64,000 nucleotides of DNA from a virus. Its lineage: Duplodnaviria > Caudoviricetes. The stretch covers positions 96,001 to 160,000 of the IMG/VR virus record IMGVR_UViG_3300010163_000003, one strand, 5' to 3'. Shown here piece by piece: positions 29,401-41,600 of this stretch; the stretch's first letter is position 1, and the number at the start of each line of letters is the position of its first letter. Position numbers and translations under genes: made by a program. The notes under the pieces were generated by a model, which worked only from the letters and a program-made list of their open reading frames with translations, did not search any database and was not told where the DNA came from.

Positions 29401-32400
29401 TGGTTAAAGTAGCAGTTTCTATTGGCATATCATTAGCAGCGTGCGTATTAATATCTATAATTGAACGATACACATAAAAATTAGTCCATAACTTTCTTCC
29501 GTCAAACCATTGTGCATTATCATCTAATATGCAAAATAGATACGCAGGGAATGCTCTTACTAACCTTCCTCGTGCAGAGTATTGATACATATCACAAAAG
29601 CTACTATTGTATACACATCTATAATCATTTAATTCGTCTCTTACAAAACGTGTTTTGGTTAATTCGCTAGTATTACATATAGATGGTTCCGCAAAATATT
29701 TTAAGTCATTACTCGTCATTGTTATAGAGTCATACTCAACATTATTATCTGTTTTTGTTGGAGTAATATTTACACTGCCAATACCTTTTTTGTCTACAAT
29801 GGTATATTGTACTTTAGATGATGGAGTAGATTTTCCCCAAAATGTATGATCATCCACTTTTCCTACCCTAGTCATATATTTATTATAGGTGGCAAAATCA
29901 CTGACAGAGTTGTCGGATGTTAAAAAATTAGTTACTATTTTAGAAGATAGATATTTGTTACCATCGCAAAATACTTTTTTAACATTACTTTTAATGCTTT
30001 CTGTAACAGTACCTGTTTTCCCACTGAAAGGAGGAGAGGCCAATATTTGATTTAATGTACCATATCCATTTGTTAGCCTATCATAAATTACTTGCGCAAC
30101 TGCTTTTTCTATAGTTCTATCACTAGCACTACCTTCATCTTCTGTTTCTCCAGCAACTGCCTTGCATATAGCATCAAACTCATCTTCAGTTAATATTGCT
30201 GTAGATTCACTTGTACTTTTATAAGAGCTATCAGTGTTAACAATATTATTAGATATATCTGCATTTTTTATATCACTAGTGGTCGCCCCGCCAGTATATC
30301 TAACAAATGTTCTACTGGATGGGTTAGTAAGAGTAGCAAGTTCCCATTTATTATTTTTAGTATTCAAATGCCAATATTTATTATTACCAGCATATATACC
30401 AACATCTTTTTTACCATCAGCACAAACAAGATCATTTGGTAATGCTTCTGAATGTTTAATAGTTGTAAATAATCCACTGTTTTTAAGATTATAAAAATTA
30501 ACATAGCTTTGAGAAATAAGCCCTTGTTCTTTAAGAAGTTTTTGCACATAATCAAAAGAGCTATTATATTTTTTATTTACTGTCGTAGTCTTGTTATAAC
30601 TTGATACAAATTTATTCCCAGTAGATATCAAATTATTACTTTTTATTATATTATTTGTAACAGTGCTAGATGTAGGAGTATTATCTACCCAATTATCATT
30701 GTTGCCTTCGATATCATACGTATTAATATTTTTCTTTATAGTATCACGTTGTATAGGAGTGTATCCATAATAATCCTTATCTTCTTCTAAATAAGAAGCA
30801 TAAGTGTCATGATAGAAAACATAAAAATCTGGGTCTACGTATAAATCATATTCATATAAAGATGTGTCTATGTCGGATGGATGAAATCTTACTCCTGGAG
30901 CAGTTGTCGATCCCGCAGAAAAACTGTTATATAAAATATTAGTAGGATTTGTTGGATATTTTTTGTACGGCAAATCAGACAAATTAAATTCTTTTCTAAA
31001 TGCAATACACTTACTTATAAATTCATCGGTTTCTTTATAAGTTGGTAATCTTAAATCTGGATATATTTCCATATGTGCTCTTAAATAAGCCTCAGTATAA
31101 TTATCTTGTTGTACTTTAGTCAGCACTCCAGACGGATCTTGTTCTATAGCCTGTTCCCAATGAATTTCTCCATTGTCATTATCTATATCATGATAATCTG
31201 AAGTTCCATTACTTTTTTCATCAGATTTTGCTCCAACTCCACATGCAAACGGCCTAAAACCATTCAAAGTTTCTCTTTCAGATTGCCACATATCAAATCC
31301 AACGCATTGCATTTGTATATGGAATAAACCAGGAAAACCGGGAACAGTATTTACATTTATAGTATCTATCATGACAAATAAAGAACCAGTAAATTCAACA
31401 AGTTCAGATTCAAGTTTTACAAAACCACATGAATGAATTTTAATATTTTTGCGCGTTAATATGTCATTTGCAATTTGACATTGCTCTAAAGATTGAACAA
31501 CATTAATATCTGTAGTTTCAATAGTAATATTATATATAGTGTCCATACCGCCCATATATTGAACGGTAGGACTGTTAGCGTCAGACATTTGTAAATTAGC
31601 TAATAAGTTAGAATAACCGCATTGAAATTCTACAATCTTAGCATCGTCTACCGTACTATCTACCCATGTGATATAATTAGTTTCTTGATTAGTACATACT
31701 TTTACTTTATCAGTAATAATATCGTACATATTATATTTATATTCTTTATCAAGATAATTAGTTTCATTAGTGTCTTCAAATGCTTCATCGCTTAAAATAC
31801 TAAGTTTAAAATGATTATATTCTTTGTTAGCTGGTAGGCTTTGTAGTTTTCTGTATTCATGAGTATCTGTAAGTAATCTTTGATAATAAAATCTAAATAA
31901 ATCCCAATCAATCATATATTTAAACGCCAAATCAGGCATTTCTATATAAGGCATCATGTTAATTTCCTGAAGAGAAATCTGTGCAGTCATTGTATCTGGA
32001 AAGCCAGACATAGTTGATATAGTAATAGATTGAAGAACTACAGTAAAGATTCCATAAGTAACATTGATTAATTCATTTGTTATAGGAAGAAAAGGTGTAC
32101 ATTTAAATTCCGCAAATAACTGGCGCAATCCATCAACATAATAGTATCCTTCCGGCCCTACGACTTTAAATCCATTTATAGAATCATGCCCATGGAATAC
32201 CAAATCAATAATAATATTTCTTCTATGATATCCAGATTTAGATTTCTGAGTATTCTCTTGACGTAATGTACTTATTTTTTGAGTAATAGATTCTGATTGA
32301 ACCATAATAAATTCTGGTGGAATCATAAACCATACGTCACCAATACGCAGATTATACATATCGTAAAAAGCTCTATGTGGATATATAATATTATCATAGT

Positions 32401-32671
32401 AGTCGAGAGGCTGTACGCGCCTCTCGACTTTTACTCGTGTCAATTTGTCAAGCATTCTAGTTCCAGTTTCCATGTCGGCTATATTCAAAACTTTTGGTTC
32501 ATTATAAACCATGTTTTTAATTGGCTTTTCTTTCTTCCCTTCTACAGTAGGCGTATCAGATGATTTTACTGTAGAATAATCATTGGATAAAGGAGGCGTT
32601 ACATAATTATCTGAAACCATTGTATAATCGTCAGATAATGAGTGTGTATATATAGGCTCTTTAATTGCCAT
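26450..32671 (-). CDS. Baseplate hub / tail lysin-like protein (2073 aa) with SleB-type hydrolase, degenerate NlpC/P60 and glycine-zipper segment
   Basis: Hub-like motifs RIHLRIGYGS..L..VLNGHI and GWPGIKPNDY...VIHSFS..TGFTTSVTP. SleB-like FDAICKAVAGET...KAVAQVIYDR...DDHTFW. Gly-rich hydrophobic stretch at 28660-28840. Confidence 0.7.
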   Translation of the reverse strand: MAIKEPIYTHSLSDDYTMVSDNYVTPPLSNDYSTVKSSDTPTVEGKKEKPIKNMVYNEPKVLNIADMETGTRMLDKLTRVKVERRVQPLDYYDNIIYPHRAFYDMYNLRIGDVWFMIPPEFIMVQSESITQKISTLRQENTQKSKSGYHRRNIIIDLVFHGHDSINGFKVVGPEGYYYVDGLRQLFAEFKCTPFLPITNELINVTYGIFTVVLQSITISTMSGFPDTMTAQISLQEINMMPYIEMPDLAFKYMIDWDLFRFYYQRLLTDTHEYRKLQSLPANKEYNHFKLSILSDEAFEDTNETNYLDKEYKYNMYDIITDKVKVCTNQETNYITWVDSTVDDAKIVEFQCGYSNLLANLQMSDANSPTVQYMGGMDTIYNITIETTDINVVQSLEQCQIANDILTRKNIKIHSCGFVKLESELVEFTGSLFVMIDTINVNTVPGFPGLFHIQMQCVGFDMWQSERETLNGFRPFACGVGAKSDEKSNGTSDYHDIDNDNGEIHWEQAIEQDPSGVLTKVQQDNYTEAYLRAHMEIYPDLRLPTYKETDEFISKCIAFRKEFNLSDLPYKKYPTNPTNILYNSFSAGSTTAPGVRFHPSDIDTSLYEYDLYVDPDFYVFYHDTYASYLEEDKDYYGYTPIQRDTIKKNINTYDIEGNNDNWVDNTPTSSTVTNNIIKSNNLISTGNKFVSSYNKTTTVNKKYNSSFDYVQKLLKEQGLISQSYVNFYNLKNSGLFTTIKHSEALPNDLVCADGKKDVGIYAGNNKYWHLNTKNNKWELATLTNPSSRTFVRYTGGATTSDIKNADISNNIVNTDSSYKSTSESTAILTEDEFDAICKAVAGETEDEGSASDRTIEKAVAQVIYDRLTNGYGTLNQILASPPFSGKTGTVTESIKSNVKKVFCDGNKYLSSKIVTNFLTSDNSVSDFATYNKYMTRVGKVDDHTFWGKSTPSSKVQYTIVDKKGIGSVNITPTKTDNNVEYDSITMTSNDLKYFAEPSICNTSELTKTRFVRDELNDYRCVYNSSFCDMYQYSARGRLVRAFPAYLFCILDDNAQWFDGRKLWTNFYVYRSIIDINTHAANDMPIETATLTITNYYHNLDRTQRNLPYTSLSDAIDDSNLLGKVVKGIYKYTGMFISLGMKLTDKLIKVHQMIYDHAKLREGARIHLRIGYGSDPMSLAPVLNGHISDITIGEQVSIVAMSDGNELINHITSAKEHDVDTGWLGLFGLGAVQESSNIIAHIMTQRQSWMSHLHKNIYEGSKYGIEHYGIYFRQTLFGQKASFAAAMTGIVGGSVGALGGVVTGNPIGVATGAVSGAAIGTIAGGAVGTIGDIVTGSGGVNLEDIWNDRQEFYDILKNVYVGNYDGISYVCRDYMPIFDGEQNVAFNKYNMTPWDVFQVATQNTPEYIFKSSYHQFDSRVYYGLPCFMEKFRYDYFGGIPGTSEGMVNSGGSSQETTVKGDSLSNGAKFENGASEFRAVKQGKYENGQWIKGMKKVIFRIQLPGHNNGSRSDPDKVIITLHDSSGRSVPCEVFSGNLGSGLNVLCVPDDVIGGTGSIGSLENYDYADFFVHVPSSHVNCCQKATVLDWEIIYDDVVVNKQNTKKTTQKVTYKNFGEVLYEECKTAAQVHYLDSLTSIIDNQIRVTSKFSSTNVKVMYVRGNKPVSTAVLHSDDTIDFAYQKTTILDSPIVQDALGPDALWEFLGYKIGKESATRIGISTLIYGWNQQYQGQLILYGWPGIKPNDYMMINDTFSYVYGLSFAREVIHSFSSMTGFTTSVTPGMIAFDTHQNSGLIVHCQNLLGTLNVFSAITNARRQLVKTHTQYYSIDALSDTMMEKYKHGIMSVEATNQWHENVTTATHIFTGVWTVSQIYEATSLMRNTLKIKDFAALKIAAKGLYSSVVKTIKRTRRAYHLASLFTKSKVVSVKFALEKLRAGIGAIVAPTGIGAVVWFAVSIIIDKLITSVFEWLDNRNVIVLLPMWWENSAFVSGVHSGEKILLMGDYLLTDENDQGDAIGATNIEQGMHKSEFVTNSNSNIRAKDPSYSLSDDYSMAPGMGGASLSGDPTMQDSWDTKK

Positions 32672-32686
32672 ATTATCCCTCCGTTA

Positions 32687-35600
32687 TTATTGAGCTAATT
32701 CTGCAAATTTGTTTGCTAACCAATTATCATTTACTCCACTATTGTCAATATAAGAATACATAGAAGTTGAGCCACCGCCAGCTTTATTTATTATAGCTCC
32801 ATTATTTTGCGCATTAATATCCATTTGGGTTTTTGCTCTAATATTAAAAGACAATCCACTGTGTGTATCTTGATATATTACATTTCTACTTTTAGGCGTT
32901 GAAGGAACTTGTTTACCATTAATGTTGGGTTGATTATATAAACCAGATTCTTGGGGCTGTAATGGAGTCTTGTCTTGATCTTTATGCATAACGTTAGTTA
33001 ACAATCCCAATGCAACTAAAGAACCAGCAGCCATACCTACATGTTTTTTTGATATATCTAAATCAGATAAAGTATCATCAAAAAACTGTGACAAAGTCCT
33101 TCTTTTTAATGGATTGTTTGCATTGTTATTATTTAATATTTTAATAATTTCTCTATCACTTAAAACTTTGTTTTTATTTAAATATGATATAATGCTGTCT
33201 GTTTGTGCCTTTAAGCTTTCAACTCTATGACTAATAGACTCTGACATACCAGAAAGAGATAATGCATCTGAAGCTTTAAATACATGTCCACTAGCTTTAT
33301 ATTCTTCTAATTTTTTAAGAGTAGTCTCCACAGAGAATTTAATCTTATCGCTAGGTTTTTTACCAAGCATTTTCGATGCTTCTTCTAAAACATAATCATA
33401 ATCTTTTGAATTAAGATTACTAAATTTAGTCCCCATAAATGATCCAAAGCCTACACGCATTTCATCAAAAGACCCATTAAAATTAAATAAAGAAGCTGCA
33501 TCGTCTGATTTGACAAGCATACTAAATATTTTATCTTGAGCTTGTTTTATAGAGTTTAAACGCTCATTTTCCATAATGTCTATCAAAGAACCTGGGGTTC
33601 CTTTAGGACCCAAGTCTGTATATTTATGTGAAAGCATTTCTTTTAATGTATCAAGCTGTTCAGTTGGAGCATTAGGTTTAGCCTGAATTTTCTTTATATA
33701 TTGCTCTAAAATATCATATTGACCTTGAAGTCTTTTTGCCTCACTAGGTATATCATAAACGTTTTTGCGGAGTTTTTCAATACTTTCGTAATAATTTTGA
33801 AAATCGAAGTTACCAAGAGCGTTGACTTTATTATAATGATGTTGCATATTAGCACTAGAGTCAACGTTTAACACTTCTTGTTCAATGGTTTGTTTAAATA
33901 TTTCATTAAGAGTGCCTAAAGATTTAATTGCGTCTTTATCGTTGAAATTAATTTTTCGTCCATTATTTGCTATATTTTTATTGACACTGCGTAATAATTC
34001 TACTGCTGGATCTAAGCCACGTTGTCCAGCATCTATCATATATTGCGCACGCCAAGATTCATACGCATTACCAAGTTTTTTAGTTTCATCAAACGTAGTT
34101 ATTATTGCACTTAATGCCTTATTTGGATCAGTATCTGTAATACCTAATATTTGTTGAAGTACGCTTGTCATTGGAGCTGAGCTACCTGCTTCTCCATAAA
34201 ACTGGCCAAGATTAGATATTCTACCATATTTGTTCTTAGATATGCCAGTAGCTCTTAATATTGATTTTTCAAATGTTCCTGTAAATTCTGGAGTATTAGT
34301 ATTTTTATTTATTTTTGCCGTTCTTATCTTGGATGTACCATTACTTTCATAAAGTATAGCGTCATCAAGCATGCCAGTTAATTTAACCTCTGCCGCATCT
34401 TTTTGTATATTAACTCTAAGCTCTGGATCAATATGAAGATTACCTATATAATAAGGAGAAGAGCCTTTAGAAGAATCATGGGTTATTTGTTTAAAGAATT
34501 TTTCTTCAAAAGTAGCATTAGGACTATGCAAGTCTATTACTTCGCCTTTTAATTGTACGCCTTTATCGTTAATATTTACTCTATTAAATTTCCCATTTCC
34601 AGTATAAGCATAGTAATTAATTTCTGCGTTATTTTTACCTAATTGTCCAGTATATGTGTATAATGTATTGACATCAAATGGATCTCTTAATGCATTTACT
34701 TTTGTCATTAAATATTCTGCCATGTCAGTATCAATAGCGCTGACAAGTTTCTTTACATCTTTAGGGTTTAATGATTTAAGGTTGTTTATCATATCTTCTA
34801 ACCCAAAAAGATCTCTACGCTTCATTACTGTATTCCATACTTCAGTTAATTCTGGAACTTCAATTTTAGCTTTGTTCATTAAATGAAAAGAACGAAGATA
34901 TTCTAACAAAGCGGTATCGTCTTGAGTAAATACTTTACCATTAAGAGTAACTGTTTCTATTACGCCTTGTAAGTTAGATTGTTTAAGAATCCTTAAAGCA
35001 TCATCTATTTGATTTAATGTTACGCCAGGCCCTATATGAGGAATTCCATTTTTACTAAATCCATTGACTTTCCTTAAGGAATCGCCCATTATAAAGTTAT
35101 CGACATAAGTTTCTATTTCATTGTCATTTATTTTTAATACTTTAGAGCCAATGGAATCAACCATTCCAATCATATGTAATCTTTGAGCTTGGACATCATT
35201 AGTCTCTAAAAACCCATAAGCATGTTCACTAAAGCGTCTAATTTTTGATAAATCTAAACTATCTCTAGCATGTTTTGGGTCAACGGCTGTTTGTTCTGTT
35301 ACACTAAACAAACCACCATCTCCACTAAGCATGTTTGAAAAACTAATTAATGACTCATTCATAAGTTTAGTTTGTTCGCCAGTTAAATTCTTTAAGCTCA
35401 TAGTTTGATAGAATGTTTCTTTAATGCGATACATAGGAGTTGAAACATGCCCAATTAAATTTTTTCTTAACCTTGCTACAGTCGCAGATACTAATTGAGC
35501 TTCATTCAATAATGTGTTACCTACAGAAGACTTAAAGAATGAATCTACCTCATTAGAATGTAAAGCTGCTTCAAAAATGCCAGAAAATTTTTTATCTTTT

Positions 35601-38600
35601 TGGTTACTTAATATATCTTCAACTTTATATGTGCCACCATTAAGATGTATACGATTATCACTTGACTGGCTTGCTAAATTATTAAGATATTCTTTTATAG
35701 AATTTTGATATTCTTTACTATCAATAATCTCTAATAATTTAGATTTTTGTTTGTTAACTGCGCTTGGATCGTTAAACAAAAACGGATTGCCTTCTTTAAT
35801 TGCTTCACTTAATAAGATTGGAGCTTCTCTAGTGATAAATCTTTCATATCTAGTTTTTTGTAAATTAAATAACTTAGAATTAGATTTTAATATACTGGCG
35901 CCATCAGCGATTGTACTTACAAATACTTTATCTCCATCAAAATCTAAGTGAGTTAAGTATGACAATATAGGATTGGATACGTTTACTTGATTCCCTGATA
36001 GATGTTCTCCTAAAGCAAGTCTAACAATTGGCTGACTACGAAATGACGGGAAACGTAAAAACTCAGCAAAAATACCTACTTCACTAAAGAATTGTTGAGC
36101 TATGCCACTTTGTTTAAAAAGTTTAAGATTACTTCCAAGTAAGCCTTCAGCATTTTTAAACTGTCCTTCAAGAATTTCATCATACTGTTTTAATGCTTTC
36201 TCTGCGCTATCTATACTATCTTGCATTGCTGCTCGTATTTGTTTATATGCATCTCTATCTTTAACACTGGCATTTACTTTTTCTATTCCTTCTAGGACAT
36301 GTATTTGTTCTCGTGATTTGTCTAATGTTCTTTGAGCTTTCTTTTTACCTTCTTGAATTACTCCCATATAGTTATCAAGAGTACTTATTAAATTACCTTG
36401 GCCTTTAATTTCTAATTTATCTATAGTTTGATAATATGTTTTACTATCAACTTTAGCCATTTTCTTAATCGCACTATCAATATCTTTATCAGTACCTGAT
36501 TCAAGAAGAGTATGTATATCTTCTAACGTTTTATTGTTTAATCCTGCAATTCTATTAGACTGGAAACTAATTGACTTAAGATGATCTGGAGGTTTTGTGT
36601 TATCATTAAATGCTTGAATTAAATCATTATATGATTTTTGGAATCTACTACTTTGAACAAGATCACTCATGCCTTCAATAGTATATTTTCCATCTTTCAT
36701 ATGTTTCTCGTAATCATTGATTATATCTGCTGCTACAATACTAAAATCGTATCCTTGACGCTCTAAAGCTTGTTGACTTACTTGAACGACAAGACCGTTA
36801 TATTCTACTCCATTAATAGTTGTTCTAGCAAGTTTTTTTAAAGAGTCACTAACGTTATCTGGCAATATTAATTTTGCAGCATTACTAGAATTAGTAAGAA
36901 CTTCTTTACTAGAAGCCTTTATTGCGGCATCAAAATCATTCTTCGCTTGAGTTAATTCCTCAATAATGCTCATATCATATGGATTATCACGAAGTTGAGC
37001 ATATAATCCTTTTTGCGTACTAGTTCCACGTAATTTTTCATATGCTTTTCTAACGTTGCTATTTTTAGCAATTTGTTCTTCTAATAACGGAGAGAATTCA
37101 CTTTGTCCTAAATACTCAGAAGAATTAGGCATTACAAAACTCTGAAAAGCTTTATAAATATCAGTATCTTTTTTCATAAAATCTGTTTGTCTGTAAAGTT
37201 CTTTAACCATGGTGCTATATATCTTGCCGATTCTTTCATTCATTACTTCTCGTATTATTTTTGGATCATCATTTCCAATAGTGTTACCAAGAGAATTAAC
37301 CAAAAATTTACCAGGATTTTTTCTTAATTCATCAATTTCTTTTAATCTTTGATTTACAATACCTATGCTTTTTTGAAACAAAAACTTTTCGTTTTCTTGA
37401 ATAGTGGTAACTCCGTGTATTGGAATAAGTAATCCTTCTAATTCTGTGCCATTTACTTTTGGCTTAATAACATGAACATCTGGATTATTGTCTAAAGCAA
37501 CAAATATGTTAAAGCTATCATTATTTAGATCTACACCTTGTTCTCTAGCTTTTTTAAGTAAGAATTCGCTTGGTTTACCATCTATAAAAAACATTGTGTT
37601 ATCTAGGTCTTTTACCCTATCATAACCAGTGCGCATTCTTTCCCCATTGCCTTCAACTATTTCATCTAAAGTTAAAGTAAGTATATTAGACTTTTTTATA
37701 TCTTCTAATGTATATTTGCCTTCTAAGAATTCTTTAGAATATTTTGTTCCAACAATGCCACGTCTTAATTCTTGATGTGGATTATTTTGACGAGCACGTT
37801 CATAGTTTAAATCCATCGCATAGTCGTTGAGTTCTTTACCAAGATATTTAAGTTCTTTTAAAGATTTTGTTTCACCATGAGTACGCCCATACTCTAATGC
37901 TTCTTTTTTTAGTAATTGCATGTACTCTACATCTTTTGGATCTATTCCATGAACAGTATCATTATAACCAAATGGGTCTTTAAATAGTCCACGGAAAATT
38001 ATGCCTTGCTCAGCACGTTTATCCATAACAAAATATTTGCCCATATGATCATTCATAATTTGTCTACGGAAAGTAAACCAGTCTGACATAGTTGCTTCTA
38101 GATCATCAAGTTCATTTATAATAGATTGACTAATCGAATTTCCATTTTTAGTTGCATCTTCTCTAAGCAAATCTTTAAGCTTAAGATCAAATGACGATGG
38201 ATCAGGCATTTCTGCCATTGTTACATAAAGACGTTTATTGTCAGCAGAAGCTTGAAAAGATATATTTGGCGTTTTACCATTAATAGGGTCAAATTGGTGC
38301 GTATCTTTAGCTGCTTGATTCATTAAATCAACTAAATGATCTACTTGTCCAGCTTTAGAATATCTATCAGTTGCCAAATCAAATATTGCTTGTGCATGCA
38401 TTATTCCGCCATGTTTGCTGAAATTAGGATTGCCAACAAATATAGCGCCATCAAACATTTCGCCAAATAATGTAGAAAGTAATGTATTTGCTTGTTGCTT
38501 ATTATAAACATTGCTACCCTGGTTTATAATTGAATAAATATCTTCTGGTCTGATTGAGTGTACAGTGGCTTTTTCAAGACCATTTATTGTTATCTTTTGA

Positions 38601-41600
38601 TCAACAATATCTCCTACATAAGTTTCTAGTCTAGTTTTCCCTATTCCATTATCTATGCCAGACAATAATTGATCTACATTTTCCTGAGTTAATATAGATT
38701 TAGGTTTATTAAAGAATATACGAGAACCATCATTTCTAAATCCAATAACAGTATTTGTATCTATATCTTTACCAACTAGATTATTTAATAATTCAGTGGT
38801 TCTTTGTATATCTGCTTTGCTCCAGTTTAATTCAAGCTTAACTGCATCTGGTTTTGTGAAGAAATCAAATTGTTGTATAAATGGATTAGCAAACATTTTA
38901 TCTTCATAAAGAGAATTATAATGAGCTTGAAACACTTTTATTAATTCCCTTGTTTGCTTAGAATCTACACTAACTCCAGTTTGAGATAATTTTTTAGCTA
39001 ATGAATCTATTGCTGCATTATCAGACAGTATGTCATTGTACTTAATTTGCAAGTCAGCATCATTAATAAATTTGAATCTAGCCATAAATTCATGTTCATC
39101 TAATGTTATTTTGCCATTAGTACTAGCTTCGAGACTGTCTTTAATTCCTTTCTCTAAATGAGTCATAGCGTTATTTCCAAAAGATATAGCGCTATAACCT
39201 TTTTCAGTGAGACCTTTAGCCATATTAGGGGCATTAACGTTATTTGATAACTGTGATAATACACTAGATACTTGATTTATGTCATATGTAACAGGATTTC
39301 CTTGCTGTACATATAACGGACGCATTATATTGTATAAGCCAGAATGTGTCTGAAAATCACCAAACATACGTGAATAATATATACCACGCTCTAAGGCGCT
39401 TTCAGAACCTATAGGATTAAGTCCAGAAGTTTTATTAACATTTACAACTCGTGATACCGCATCTACAGCAAAATCACTAATCATAGAATCTTTACGAATT
39501 CTATCATCATGTATAAGGTCATTAATAATATTGAGAAAATTTTTAGAATCTCCAGTATCAAAGAAGTCTTCATAACCAGCATTTTTAAAATTAATTCTTA
39601 ATTGATCAGCCCAAGATACACCATTTGCTTGCCAGTCTTCACTTAATACAGTACCAATCAGCATACGCCTATGGAAAAACTCATGAAATTCTTGACTGTT
39701 CAATATTTCACGGTAAGAATATAATGAATTAACATCTCCAAGCCCTACATGTTCTGCAAATGTTTTAACAATAAGTTGTGCAGGATTTAGCTCAGCAGAA
39801 ATAGCATTAGGATTTTTAAATGAACCTAGGGTTAACTGTTCAAATATATCACGTAGTCCTTTATGATAACTATATCCAAAAGCATTCATTATACTATTAG
39901 GATTAAGATGTACGTTACGGCTTACTCCACTAATAGAATTATCTGAAGCTAATCCTCCAAGGTAGTCAGTAAGAATTCTACGCATTCTACGGCTACCTTC
40001 TCCATAATTACCATCTAAGGCTAATTCTTCTGCATTAGCAAGTCCCTTACGAAATATGGACAATACGGCAGTAGAACCATCACCTTCACTAACTTGGAGA
40101 ATTCCGTTTTTGTCAAGATAAGTATCCAATGAACGGGCATGTAAGTACTTAGGATAGTTATCTCCTTGATTAATGAAACGTAAAGATTCAACAGATGCAA
40201 GCCCAGAATTGTTTGAACGTATATCAAATTCTCTAACCCTTGGTAGTTCTACTACGGTAGCGTATTTACTAATATCACTATCCATTACATTCTTATAAGA
40301 AGATGTAATATTTTTAAATTCATCGTCTGTAAGATTATCTATAAAAGAAGCAAGTTTATGAGAATCACCTGTCTTGGTAAGAAGCATATATCCACTTTTA
40401 CCTTCGTGTTTAGCAACATTAAGATTTGAATAAGGAGTAATGATTAATGCTTGTAGTCCTTTTCCTTTTTTAGAATTTAAACTATATTTTTTACTGTCAA
40501 GAAGTATATCATTAAGTAATTTTGTTTTAGCAGCTATATCTTCACTAGTGCCATAATTCATTCCTAAAGCTTCTAGCAATGAACGTTCAAAAGTTTCATA
40601 TTGTAAGTCGGTAGCGGCAGACGTAATATATCTATATGGAGTATAATTATCAAATACTTCTTTTATTGCATCATTTACTTTTTTGGCTTGTGTAGGATTT
40701 GAATTTAAATTATTGAAAAAGTCTCTTAGGCTACTATCTTTATATTTAAGAAATGGAGCATCAATATCATAGTTATCATGACCTATACTATGCAATATAC
40801 GTTTTTGTACATCTTCATCGGACATGCTCGATGTTATAGAATCAGCAAGTATACTTCCCGGAGTATTTTTCAGCTTCCATATTTCAGTAGCTATCTCTGT
40901 AGATAAACCAAAAGTATAAGAACTTTTTTGTTTAGCATTAAGAGGAAGAAGAGAATCTAGTGTTTTGATATATTTACTAGCATCTTTAATAATTCCTCTA
41001 TCTTGTAAATTATTTAATCCATTGATAATTGTATTGTTGTCTTTAGCTTCATCTAAGAAATTTTTTATTCCTTGTTCTATTGTCTTTTCGCTATGATCGT
41101 TTATTCTTTTGAAAGCCCCATTGTCAGAAATAATGTCAAAATCATAAAGGTCTGAATATGAGAAACGCCCTCTATCTTTAAAATATTCAAAAGCTCCACT
41201 ATTATCAAGTTCAATATTCTCGCTCTCTAATACTTTAGCTAAAGCTTTGCGTATTTTAGAAAATAAGACTGTCTGTTCTCTATTGAGTTCTGGAGAATTT
41301 ATACCAGATAAAGGTTGTGATGGATCATAAGGGGAGTTCTTAAAATAATCATTAACTGCTTTAAATATTACATCATGCACAGGAGATTCATTATCTAAAA
41401 TTCTCTTATAGGACAAAAAAGCCTGCATTTCATATGGAGTGTTAATTAATCCATTTTTGAGAGCATTACTTGATCTTCTTGAAGTACCAAAAGTTTGTTC
41501 AATAAAACTTTTTAAATCTCTATATCTTGCATCATAATCAGTAAGAGGATTTATAGAAGCAAGATGATTATTATAAGCTTCATTGAACTTCCTTATCTCT

